In this document: positions 1 through 8,373 of the stretch, in pieces
Position numbering within the stretch: the first letter of the stretch is position 1
Layout: every line of letters starts with the position of its first letter
Assembly (NCBI GenBank): GCA_045533335.1
Contig: JAZSHQ010000054.1
Span: 840 to 64,839, forward strand
Length of the DNA: 64,000 bases
Reading direction: 5' to 3'
Source of the DNA: Eubacteriales bacterium
GTDB lineage: Bacteria; Bacillota; Clostridia; Oscillospirales; CAG-382
Translations under genes and position numbers: made by a program
Notes under the pieces: model-generated
Told to the model about the DNA's origin: nothing
The model's input: the letters and a program-made list of their open reading frames with translations, nothing else
Database searches by the model: none

Positions 1-1357
1 TGTCTGCCCACGCGGTAACAGTATACGTGGTCCAATCACCGTTAACCGCTTTTACCGAAACTGCGGTAGAGGACGCAATCTCGGTGAAGTTCACACCGTC
101 GTTCGAAACAGAAATCTTAAGGTTTTGAAGAGTGGTGATACCCCAACCGGCGTTGTTCGCACAGTAAACCTTATATGCGTTATGCGAGGTGTTGCTTCCG
201 AGGTCAACGACTATCTGAGCGCCCATACCGTTGCCCCAGCCGGAATAACCGTCGGTACCGCCGTCGGTTACGCCTTTGGTGCCGTCGGTAAGACGAATCT
301 TATCGTCTGCCCATTTATCTTCACGAGTGTTTGCGTTGGTAGTGTACTTTTTGCCTTTGGAAATAACCGTAAATCCTGCCTTGTAGGCATTTTGAAGAGT
401 GGTATATGCGGAGTTTAACGTTGTGTCGGTAGAAGAAGTGCTCGCAAGTGCATTGACTGCATTATTGTACGCATTGCGAAGTGCGGTAAGCTGAGCTTCG
501 GAGTAATCGAAATGACGAGCATTCGCAACCTCATCAACGAGAGCCTGTAGGTTAGTTCTTGCGGGAGATCCGCAGTTATTATAGCCGTACTGCTTTATGA
601 TCGAAGGATAATCCTTATAGCAAACGTTCATATCTACCGAGGTGCTGGACAAACCATCGTAATAGCCGAAAATAGCGTGCTGCCAGATACCGCAGTAGTC
701 ACTGAAGTCGTAAGCGCTCGCAGAGTGCTGATTACCCTCGTAGTTAGACTTATAACGGGGATACCAAAGATCATATCTGGATTTAAAGGAGCTCGAAAGC
801 TTATCGATAACCTGAGAGCCGCCGCCGTAGATGCCGGGGAAATAGCCGGCAGCCTCGAGCGTTTCACACCAGCCCAAGCAAAGCTGTTCCATAGCGTAAG
901 AGCCAAGGCTAACCTGAGCACTATCCTCTATATCGTAATAAATGGGGAATTCAAAGTACATATCATACTTCTCGATCTGTGACATTACCCACTGAGCATC
1001 CTGCTTTGCACCGGCATAGGTGGTAGCAAGAGAGTAGAAGTAAAGACCTACAGGCATACCTGCCGCACGTGCATTATTATAGTATGTAAGGAAATTCGTG
1101 TCGAGTGTATCTGTGCGGCTTGCGCTGCCTTCGTAGCCGATACGAAGAATTGCAAATTGGCAACCGCTTGCCTTAAGCTTTGCAAAGTTAACGGTACCGT
1201 TCCAATAGGAAAGGTCGACACCGTAAGAACGGTAATACGTCTGCGGTAAACCGCCGCCCGGTATAGCCGACGCGGTCATCACGCCCGATGCAACGATCAT
1301 AGAAAAGATCATAACGAGCGAAATGCAGAGCGCGAGAATATGTTTGATTGCTTTCAT
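1..1357 (-). CDS. Secreted GH25 muramidase with helical spacer and F5/8-type-C (CBM32-like) module; runs off the window start; paralog of 4952..7555
   Basis: Absent from the ORF track because it has no stop in the window. ATG at 1357 with GGAGGA RBS. Manual translation: MKAIKHILALCISLVMIFSM signal peptide, GVDLSYWN, AILRIGY, FPIYYDIED (GH25 D and DxE motifs), then ISKGKKYT...RLTDG. Confidence 0.85.
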   Translation of the reverse strand, partial: MKAIKHILALCISLVMIFSMIVASGVMTASAIPGGGLPQTYYRSYGVDLSYWNGTVNFAKLKASGCQFAILRIGYEGSASRTDTLDTNFLTYYNNARAAGMPVGLYFYSLATTYAGAKQDAQWVMSQIEKYDMYFEFPIYYDIEDSAQVSLGSYAMEQLCLGWCETLEAAGYFPGIYGGGSQVIDKLSSSFKSRYDLWYPRYKSNYEGNQHSASAYDFSDYCGIWQHAIFGYYDGLSSTSVDMNVCYKDYPSIIKQYGYNNCGSPARTNLQALVDEVANARHFDYSEAQLTALRNAYNNAVNALASTSSTDTTLNSAYTTLQNAYKAGFTVISKGKKYTTNANTREDKWADDKIRLTDGTKGVTDGGTDGYSGWGNGMGAQIVVDLGSNTSHNAYKVYCANNAGWGITTLQNLKISVSNDGVNFTEIASSTAVSVKAVNGDWTTYTVTAWAD

Positions 1358-1398
1358 TTGTATCCTCCTAATTAATAATAGCATCACATAGTCGTATC

Positions 1399-1427
1399 AT
1401 TTTACCTTTTTTGCGCAAAAATGTCAA
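1399..1427 (-). promoter_or_regulatory. Sigma-A-type promoter of the first GH25 gene
   Basis: TTGACA-17 bp-TAAAAT on the minus strand, upstream of the ATG at 1357. Confidence 0.6.
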
Positions 1428-1702
1428 CAACAAAGCGTGTGCCGAAAATATTTTTGTAATCTCACACAATAGCCACACTCTTTTTTTGGTGCTTTGTGAC
1501 AACTAAAAGCCTCAGGGAAAAATAAAAGAGCAGACACATCGCCCGCCCTTATATATTCTTATGTAATATTATGGAAGAAAATCAATTTTCCGAAAACAAA
1601 CGCCTTCGTATCGCAATTCAAACAAAAGCCCCAAACCCTTGATTTTAAATCATAATATGATATAATGTGGCTTATAGATATATCTTTATGAAACGGTGGA
1701 AA

Positions 1703-2191
1703 ATGAGCAACATAATATCCAACATAAATATCCGCAGATTTGAAGAAAAAGATGCAGAAGCCGTGCAAACGCTGATTGTGCGCAATTTTCTTGAGGTTAA
1801 CAGCAAAGATTACGGCATCGAAATTATGCAAGAAATTGCAAAAGCTTATGACGTAGAAAAGGTAAAAAGAATTGCCGGCTACGCACATATGTATGTATTT
1901 GAGTATAACAAACAGATTGTGGGCGTTGGCTCTATTTCAAGTTTTTGGGGTAGCGAAACCGAAAGTGTTTTGTTGACTATATTCGTGTTGCCCGAATTGC
2001 ACGGAAACGGCATCGGCAGGCTTATTATGCAAACCTTGGAACAAGATGAATTTTATATACGAGCAAACAGAATCGAGATTCCTTCCTCAATAACAGCTGT
2101 AGAGTTTTACCGCAAATTCGGATACGATTATAAAAACGGAATTAAAGAATTAGATAAAGAAAACCATTTTGTTTTGGAAAAGTACAAATAA
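1703..2191 (+). CDS. GNAT family N-acetyltransferase
   Basis: IFVLPELHGNGIGRLIM acetyl-CoA motif A and AVEFYRKFGY motif B; visibly more AT-rich than its neighbours; start placed at ATG 1703. Confidence 0.85.
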   Translation: MSNIISNINIRRFEEKDAEAVQTLIVRNFLEVNSKDYGIEIMQEIAKAYDVEKVKRIAGYAHMYVFEYNKQIVGVGSISSFWGSETESVLLTIFVLPELHGNGIGRLIMQTLEQDEFYIRANRIEIPSSITAVEFYRKFGYDYKNGIKELDKENHFVLEKYK

Positions 2192-2196
2192 AAGCC

Positions 2197-2224
2197 AAAA
2201 GGGACTTCGGTTGAAGCCCCTTTT
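2197..2224. terminator. Bidirectional intrinsic terminator between the GNAT gene and cotJC
   Basis: AAAAGGGACTTC-GGTT-GAAGCCCCTTTT hairpin between convergent genes. Confidence 0.65.
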
Positions 2225-2233
2225 ATTATTCAC

Positions 2234-2833
2234 CTATCTCTTGTCAAATGACGGGTTATAAGCGTAAAAGTTCTTGTAGTCCAAATTGTCTTGAACGATA
2301 CGCAGAGCGTCGCCGAAGCGTTGGAAGTGCACTATTTCGCGCTCGCGGAGGAAGCGGATCGGGTCGGCAACGTCGTGGTCATCGCAGAAGCGAAGAATGT
2401 TGTCATAGGTCTTTCTCGCCTTCTGCTCGGCGGCGAGGTCCTCCGAGAGGTCGGCTATCGGGTCGCCCGTGGATTGGAAGGTGTGTGCATTCCAAGGCAC
2501 GCCGCTTGCCGCAACGGGATAAAGTCCCGTGGTGTGGTCTACGAAATAGGCGTCGAAGCCGCCCTCCTTTATCTGCTCGGGAGTAAGGTTACGCGTGAGC
2601 TGATACACAATGGTGCATATCATTTCCATATGCGCCAATTCCTCGGTACCGATATCGGTAAGGATCCCTATCGCTTCGTTATAGGGCATACTGTATCGCT
2701 GGGAGAGGTAGCGCATCGCCGCGCCGAGCTCGCCGTCGGGCCCGCCGAATTGTGTGATTATCAGCTTTGCGAGTGCGGGGTTGGGGTTTTTAATATTCAC
2801 GGGATATTGAAGCTTTTTATCATAACTCCACAT
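2234..2833 (-). CDS. cotJC: Spore coat protein CotJC (manganese catalase family)
   Basis: QFGGPDGELGAAMRYLSQ, DIGTEELAHMEM, REIVHFQRFG; third gene of a cotJ operon. Confidence 0.92.
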   Translation of the reverse strand: MWSYDKKLQYPVNIKNPNPALAKLIITQFGGPDGELGAAMRYLSQRYSMPYNEAIGILTDIGTEELAHMEMICTIVYQLTRNLTPEQIKEGGFDAYFVDHTTGLYPVAASGVPWNAHTFQSTGDPIADLSEDLAAEQKARKTYDNILRFCDDHDVADPIRFLREREIVHFQRFGDALRIVQDNLDYKNFYAYNPSFDKR

Positions 2834-2836
2834 CGG

Positions 2837-3097
2837 TTAGTCCTCCTTGTTCTGCCACGGCCACGCACCGTGCACCCAGTTCCAGTCTTTTCCGCCTGCG
2901 TTTTCTTTGGTAAGCGGACCGTAAAGCGATTCGTACTGTGCAACGTATTCGCGCATTTTTTCGATCGCTTTACCGTGCTTTTCAAGCGCTTGGCGGTTGT
3001 GCGGATGACAATCGAGATAGAGCGCGCATTCGTGAGCCGTAAAGGCATACATCTGTATTTTGCGCATAAGCGATTCACGTTTATTGTCGTGCATCAT
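2837..3097 (-). CDS. cotJB: Spore coat protein CotJB
   Basis: ALYLDCHP...YESLYGPLT...WNWVHGAWPWQ; the ATG at 3097 overlaps the cotJA stop (ATGA); the track ORF 2837..3292 is over-extended. Confidence 0.9.
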   Translation of the reverse strand: MMHDNKRESLMRKIQMYAFTAHECALYLDCHPHNRQALEKHGKAIEKMREYVAQYESLYGPLTKENAGGKDWNWVHGAWPWQNKED

Positions 3098-3318
3098 TTG
3101 CCCATTCCTCGCTTTCCGCCGTAAAACGGCATATCGAGCTCGGCAAAGAGCGTCCCGCGCGCGAGCGCCTTTTCCTCGTCGTAAAGGTTTTCGAAGCGCT
3201 GAAACGGAACGTACATCATTGCAAGCGAGACGTGCGCGGGAAAAGTGCTTTCCTGCACGTACTCGGGCATTTCGGGCATTTGGTCCATACAAAACAGCCC
3301 GTATTCTTTAGGTTGCAT
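3094..3318 (-). CDS. cotJA: Spore coat protein CotJA
   Basis: LAMMYVPFQRFENLYDEEKALARGTLFAELDMPF, the CotJA signature. Confidence 0.9.
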   Translation of the reverse strand: MQPKEYGLFCMDQMPEMPEYVQESTFPAHVSLAMMYVPFQRFENLYDEEKALARGTLFAELDMPFYGGKRGMGK

Positions 3319-3481
3319 TAAAATTCACCTTTCGTTTGCATTTTTCGTCAGCCGAATACAGGTTTCGGCAAGGAGGTGTTTTGTTCCCCCTGATGACAGT
3401 ATATGCAAAGGCGAATAATTTTTCTAAAAAGGTATTGATTTTTTGCTTTGGATGTGTTAGAATAGCCGAGCAAATGAATAT

Positions 3482-3558
3482 GTGGGTGTAGCTCAGTTGG
3501 TTAGAGCACTTGCTTGACATGCAAGGGGTCGTTGGTTCAAGTCCATTCATCCACACCA
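3482..3558 (+). tRNA. tRNA-Val (GAC)
   Basis: Acceptor stem GTGGGTG/CATCCAC, D arm GCTC..GAGC, anticodon arm CTTGC-TTGACAT-GCAAG, T loop TTCAAGT, encoded CCA; 77 nt. Confidence 0.95.
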
Positions 3559-3561
3559 TAC

Positions 3562-3598
3562 AAAAACCGTGAAACCACAAGGGTTTTCACGGTTTTTT
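3562..3598. terminator. Intrinsic terminator after the tRNA and the kinase-like gene
   Basis: AAAAACCGTGAAACC...GGTTTTCACGGTTTTTT. Confidence 0.7.
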
Positions 3599-3612
3599 GT
3601 TTGTCCTATACA

Positions 3613-4437
3613 TTAAAGTTCGTCATCTTTGCACAATAACCTTACGACGCTATTTTCGCTTTTTTTCTCCAAGTGATATTTATATATTTTTTCACCCAAC
3701 TTAGCGTAATATATGTCATTCTTTCCTACCAAAAAATTAACGTTTTTTCTTTCCAATCCACTTAATCCACAATGCGCGGCATCGTCATAATAAAAATCCG
3801 GCTCGGCAACAAGGGATTGTGCTTGCGGCAGAATCTTATCCAAATGATTATAAAACACAGAATTTCTAATTCTTATTCTATCGCTTTGGAGACAAAGTGA
3901 TGTTCCGTAATCCAAAAAATAAATAACGCCTTTATTGTTTCCTATATTTACCAATCCGAAATCAGTATGTATTACCCCTATCCTCGAATATTCATCCAAT
4001 GCCATTTGTACAAACTCAGTCAACGTTGATTCCTTTTCGACATCAGAAATATCCACGTGTTCGAATACAAGTATATAATAATCATCTAAGACAAAATCCA
4101 TAAACAGCTTCGGTTTTCTGCGCGATAAAAATTCCGAGGTTTCGTCAATATATAAGTTAAGTTTCTTTTCGTTATCAAAACAATCGCGTAATAAAGAACT
4201 TTGTACCTTTATAAAAACTTTTTCGTTTTTTACCTCGCCCGCGAAATAGCAAGTACCATACCAAAGCTTCCAATTGTTTTTGCTCGTAGGTCTTATATGA
4301 GTTATCCCGTGTGCTTTAAAACACTTATAAAATCTAGTTTTATTTGACGCATAATATCTATAGTATGCCTTCCAATGTTTTTTGACCAAACAGAATGCTT
4401 CTATACGTTTAATTATAAAGTTCTTTATTTTCCTCAT
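3613..4437 (-). CDS. Protein-kinase-like fold protein (island cargo)
   Basis: VFIKV (beta-3 Lys), FDNE (alpha-C Glu), IHTDFGLVNI (HxDxxxxN), YFLDYG (DFG-like); low GC. Confidence 0.65.
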   Translation of the reverse strand: MRKIKNFIIKRIEAFCLVKKHWKAYYRYYASNKTRFYKCFKAHGITHIRPTSKNNWKLWYGTCYFAGEVKNEKVFIKVQSSLLRDCFDNEKKLNLYIDETSEFLSRRKPKLFMDFVLDDYYILVFEHVDISDVEKESTLTEFVQMALDEYSRIGVIHTDFGLVNIGNNKGVIYFLDYGTSLCLQSDRIRIRNSVFYNHLDKILPQAQSLVAEPDFYYDDAAHCGLSGLERKNVNFLVGKNDIYYAKLGEKIYKYHLEKKSENSVVRLLCKDDEL

Positions 4438-4529
4438 AAAACCCCTATCATACCTTGTTTTTTATTATATCTTTCATTATATCTTTTTTTAAGCCATTGT
4501 CAAGGAAAATTCAAATCACTTTGTACCTG

Positions 4530-4626
4530 TTGGCAAGATGGTAAAATAACCGCCACCGCCGCAATGAAAGAGCTTGGCTTGAAGCCCAACACGTTCTATC
4601 GCAGAGTTAAAGAAATGGGGCTGTAA
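4530..4626 (+). pseudogene. C-terminal HTH remnant of a serine resolvase/recombinase
   Basis: WQDGKITATAAMKELGLKPNTFYRRVKE matches the HTH end of Firmicute resolvases; no catalytic domain or plausible start upstream. Confidence 0.7.
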
Positions 4627-4729
4627 TTCAGCCCCGTTTAGGTCAACAAAAGGTCAACAAACATAATAAAAACAAATAAACACACAGCGAAAAAGCAAGT
4701 AAATACGAGGGTTTTCACGCCGTTATCAC

Positions 4730-4776
4730 GCTTGACATGCAAGGGGTCGTTGGTTCAAGTCCATTCATCCACACCA
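4730..4776 (+). repeat. att repeat (duplicated tRNA-Val 3' half)
   Basis: GCTTGACATGCAAGGGGTCGTTGGTTCAAGTCCATTCATCCACACCA, followed by a terminator at 4779..4804 (probably the original tRNA terminator). Confidence 0.9.
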
Positions 4777-4951
4777 AGAAAAAGCACCAAAATGGTGCTT
4801 TTTTCAATTATATTAGTTATATACGGAACGCGTTCTATTGCTTCGCAGTTTTATTTACTTCGCAAGCGGTATTGTCTGCGGAATTTGGGAACGATTAGAA
4901 TAAAAAAATCGGAGCGAAGCGCCCCGATTTTTTATTGTTCTTTATTTTTTA

Positions 4952-7555
4952 TCAACCGCCGATGGTGAAGGTGCCGAAGTAATGGCGTGCGATGAGAATG
5001 TAGTCGAACTGGTCAACCTTGCCGTCCTTGTTAACGTCCGCGCGGGAGAATTCATCCGAAGTAAGGATACGGGTTTCGAAGTAATGACGCTTAACGAGGA
5101 TGTAGTCGTATTGGTCGATTGCGCCGTCGTTGTTAACGTCGCCGAGCTTGATTTCGGGGTCTACAACGGGAGGCTCTACAAAAGGAGGCTCTTCTACGTT
5201 CAACTGCTTATAGTAAGAAGTGCAAACGTATTCATCGTCGTACCAAGCCAACGAAGGAGTGGTGGTGCAAACAACGGGATCGATAGGATCGATGCCGTAG
5301 AAGGCGAATTCGTCGCCAACCTTCCAATTAACAGCATCCTCAAGTGCGGTGTTGCAGTTGTCGGAGGTATAGTCGGTGTCGCCCGTGCCTAATTCAATAT
5401 AGTTGTTACCCTTGTTAAGCGCGTAAACGAAGCCGCCTGCGGGAATATCAAGCGAGGTTGCCGAGCCGTCGGAAAGGCCGTTGGAAATAGCGGTAATCTT
5501 GTAGCTGTCGTTTCCGGTAGGCGCGAAAGCAACGTGCAACCACCAGTCTGCGCCGGTGTAAGGAGCGGTAAGAATGGCACCGGTACCCTCGAAGGTGTTG
5601 TCGTTAATATGAGTTACCCAGAACACCTTTGCATCGTCGGGCTTTTCAACGGGTCCGGTAGTCTCCTTGATGATTTCGATGGTAGGAGCTGCCGACAAAG
5701 TCTTGTTTTCTACGTCGATGCCGGTAAGCGCAAGAACGTCGCCTACGGCAAGAGTGTTGGCGCGTCTGTAATTCACAGCCGAGCCGATAATCGAGCTATC
5801 GATATTGTCTCCTTCCCAGTTGTGTACTGCAAGAAGGATCTGATCGCTATTGAGGGTGATCGAGGCAGTATCGGGACCTTCACCCGTGCTAACCGAGGTT
5901 ACAACGTAGTTCGAGCCACTCTTGGTAGCTATAACGTTGGTGGTGTAGGAATGGTTAAATTTTGTAGTAGTAATTTCGCCCTGATCGGGAGTAATAATAA
6001 CTGCATCACCCGAGGTTACAGTCTTATTCATACCGGTTACGTAGATTCTGCCGGTAGCCGCCGCAGGAGCAAGGCACGCCTCGATTTCTTCGAGCCAAAT
6101 GTGGCTGCTTCCGTTTTCAACGGTGAATTTAATATATCTTTCGTTGCGTGTAACGTTTGCCGTTAAGGTGTATACGTAGGTGCTCCAGGAATCGCCCGCG
6201 TTGGTGCATTCTTTAATTGCGGTTGAGCCTACCTCGGTGTAGGTTTTACCGTCGGCGGAAACCGAAACGGTAAACTTGGGAGGCAAAGAAATGCCCCAGC
6301 CCTCGTTCTTTGCGGTGTAAATACGGTAGGTGTTGGTAGGATTATTAGCGCCGAGGTCTAATACGATATCGATAGGCGCCTGAGTATTAAATCCTGCAAA
6401 CTTATCGGTGCCGCCGTCATCCGTACCCTTGTCGCCGTCGGTAAGGCGCTTGCCGTTATCAACGTAAATATCGGTCCTGCCGCTTGCGGGTGCGGTGTAG
6501 GTTTTGCCCACAGAAGCATTGGTTTCAAGGCTCTTTACCGTGTTCTTAACAGCCGAATCAAGCTTCTTTGCCATATTGGAAAGCTGATCGTCGGTAGCGC
6601 CCGAGTTGTTGTAAAGCGCAAGCGCTTCGTCATAGGTCGAACGCAAGGAAGCAAGTCCCGATTCGGTATAATGGTCGTAACGCGCGCTCTTTGCCGCGTT
6701 AATAGCCGCGCCGAGCGTATCCTTCGCGGATAAGCCACAGTTATTGTAGCCGTACTTCTTCATAATTGCGGGGTAATCCTTGTAGCAAACGTTTACGTCG
6801 AGGTTTTTGTTCGAAGGAATACCGTCGTAGTTATAGCCCGAGGAAGCGAACTGCCACATACCGCAGTAGTCGCTCTTGTCGGTGGTAAGATGGGGATTCT
6901 GTGCGGAGGGATATGCCGCGTACCAAAGGTCGTACTTCGATTTGAAATCTGCCGAAAGCTTATCGAGAACCGGTCCTCCGTTGCCGTAAATGCCGGGGAA
7001 ATAGCCTGCCGCCTCAAGGGTTTCGCACCAGCCAAGGCAAAGCCTCTCCATGCTTGCTGCATTAAGAGCCAAGGGGTTATCGCCGAGGGTTCCCCTGTCC
7101 TCCACATCATAATAAATGGGGTATTCAAAGTACATATCGTACTGTTCGATAATGCTGATTACCCACTTTGCGTCCTCAACAGCCGCCTCGTAGGTGATGC
7201 CGAGCTGATAGAAATATACGCCCAAAGGCATACCTGCCGCACGCGCACGCTTGTAATACTCCAAAAACGCGGTGTCCATGGTGTTGGCGCGGGTTGCGCT
7301 TGCCTCGTAACCTATACGAAGAATTACGTATTCGCAGCCGTCTGCCTTCATTTTTACAAAGTCAACTTTGGAATAATCGTTTCCGTTCGAGGTATCAACG
7401 TTCCAGAACGAAATGTCTGCGCCGTAAGAACGGAAGCTTGTCTGCTGTAAGCCTGCGCCTGCTACCGCAGAAGCCGTAACGCCCGAAGCAATGACCATAG
7501 AAAAGATCATAACGAGCGAAAGACAAAGCGCGAGAATATGTTTGATCGCTTTCAT
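4952..7555 (-). CDS. Secreted GH25 muramidase + helical spacer + CBM32-like module + two unnamed beta modules + type-I dockerin
   Basis: Signal peptide; GADISFWN, ILRIGY, PIYYDVED, GMWQF, LDVNVCYKDYP; RLTDG..IVLDLG..WLEEIE; C-terminal duplicated DVNxDGxxDxxD Ca-binding loops. Confidence 0.88.
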   Translation of the reverse strand: MKAIKHILALCLSLVMIFSMVIASGVTASAVAGAGLQQTSFRSYGADISFWNVDTSNGNDYSKVDFVKMKADGCEYVILRIGYEASATRANTMDTAFLEYYKRARAAGMPLGVYFYQLGITYEAAVEDAKWVISIIEQYDMYFEYPIYYDVEDRGTLGDNPLALNAASMERLCLGWCETLEAAGYFPGIYGNGGPVLDKLSADFKSKYDLWYAAYPSAQNPHLTTDKSDYCGMWQFASSGYNYDGIPSNKNLDVNVCYKDYPAIMKKYGYNNCGLSAKDTLGAAINAAKSARYDHYTESGLASLRSTYDEALALYNNSGATDDQLSNMAKKLDSAVKNTVKSLETNASVGKTYTAPASGRTDIYVDNGKRLTDGDKGTDDGGTDKFAGFNTQAPIDIVLDLGANNPTNTYRIYTAKNEGWGISLPPKFTVSVSADGKTYTEVGSTAIKECTNAGDSWSTYVYTLTANVTRNERYIKFTVENGSSHIWLEEIEACLAPAAATGRIYVTGMNKTVTSGDAVIITPDQGEITTTKFNHSYTTNVIATKSGSNYVVTSVSTGEGPDTASITLNSDQILLAVHNWEGDNIDSSIIGSAVNYRRANTLAVGDVLALTGIDVENKTLSAAPTIEIIKETTGPVEKPDDAKVFWVTHINDNTFEGTGAILTAPYTGADWWLHVAFAPTGNDSYKITAISNGLSDGSATSLDIPAGGFVYALNKGNNYIELGTGDTDYTSDNCNTALEDAVNWKVGDEFAFYGIDPIDPVVCTTTPSLAWYDDEYVCTSYYKQLNVEEPPFVEPPVVDPEIKLGDVNNDGAIDQYDYILVKRHYFETRILTSDEFSRADVNKDGKVDQFDYILIARHYFGTFTIGG

Positions 7556-7593
7556 TGGGATATTCCTCCATTTTAATATGTTTTAACTATTGC

Positions 7594-7623
7594 ATTGTAC
7601 ATTTTTTTATAACGATTTGTCAA
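7594..7623 (-). promoter_or_regulatory. Sigma-A-type promoter of the second GH25 gene
   Basis: TTGACA-18 bp-TACAAT on the minus strand. Confidence 0.5.
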
Positions 7624-7870
7624 TGGTTTGCTCGCCATCGAAAATCTTTTTGTCCTTTCCCACAATATCGCCCTCTCCATTTTGGTGTTTTGTTACAAGG
7701 GGAATTAAAAAACGCGCCACGATGGCGCATTAAGACAAAGCGCGCTTCGCTTCATAAATTCGCAAAGCGAATTTGCTTCATATTGCACGGCACGCACAAT
7801 GCGTCACGCGAGCGCAAGCGAGTGCTTCATTAATCGCAACAGAAAAACCGATTTGACGTCAAATCGGTTT

Positions 7871-8104
7871 TTATTTCGGGTGTTTTAAATTTTGCGGAAG
7901 CCCGAGTAAATAATCCGCGGAAATTCCGAAAAACGCACATATCACTCTCAAGTCATCGATATTCGGCTCGCATTTGCCGCACTCAATATATGACAGTTTG
8001 CGCTGTGTCATACCAAGCTTTTTTCCTAATTCGGTTTGATTAAGTTCTATTTCTTCGCGGAGATTTCTTATTTTCTCGCCTATCGTCAGTTTCATTTTCA
8101 TCAC
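7871..8104 (-). CDS. Small XRE-family HTH regulator
   Basis: IGEKIRNLREE..LNQTELGKKLGMTQRKLSYIECGKCEP...ISADYLLG; terminator hairpin at 7843..7871. Confidence 0.9.
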   Translation of the reverse strand: MMKMKLTIGEKIRNLREEIELNQTELGKKLGMTQRKLSYIECGKCEPNIDDLRVICAFFGISADYLLGLPQNLKHPK

Positions 8105-8120
8105 CGATAATATTTTACCA

Positions 8121-8166
8121 TAGACAAAAACTTTCTATTGACATTTAGACAAAAACAGTCTATAAT
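8121..8166 (+). promoter_or_regulatory. Consensus promoter overlapped by two palindromic operators
   Basis: TTGACA (8138..8143)-17 bp-TATAAT (8161..8166); TAGAC-N7-TTCTA at 8121..8137 and TAGAC-N7-GTCTA at 8146..8162. Confidence 0.8.
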
Positions 8167-8373
8167 GGTTGTTGGCAACCCCACTTCAACCCGCCGTTTA
8201 GCAACCGTGAGTTGAAAAAAGGACGCGGAGAACGTGCGAAGCACCCTCGCGCGGCGCAAATATTTAAACCACGCGGTTATTGATAAACCTTATTTCGTAT
8301 GATATACTGTAACTGCGAAAAACGAAGCGCTCGTACGCCGCGATTTACTATAAAACAAGAGGTGTCATATAAA

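Larger units (their letters stand above)
3512..4776. mobile_element. Relic tRNA-integrated island bounded by 47-bp att direct repeats
   Basis: 3512..3558 is identical to 4730..4776 (3' half of tRNA-Val); AT-rich interior; resolvase HTH fragment; GGTCAACAAA twice at 4641..4661; no integrase. Confidence 0.85.

Noticed and set aside
4375-4626. 83-aa ORF as an intact gene
   Set aside because: The N-terminal part overlaps the kinase start and its AT-rich upstream region; only the last ~30 codons resemble a resolvase HTH.
4730-4776. Second tRNA-Val gene
   Set aside because: Only the 3' half is present, with no 5' acceptor strand or D arm; it is an att repeat. ORFs 4732..4968 and 3308..3580 overlapping the tRNA sequences are spurious.
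8170-8260. c-di-GMP-I riboswitch
   Set aside because: GGCAAC and GGACGC are reminiscent, but the GAAA tetraloop, GCAAAG and P3 receptor elements are absent; kept only as an unknown RNA candidate.
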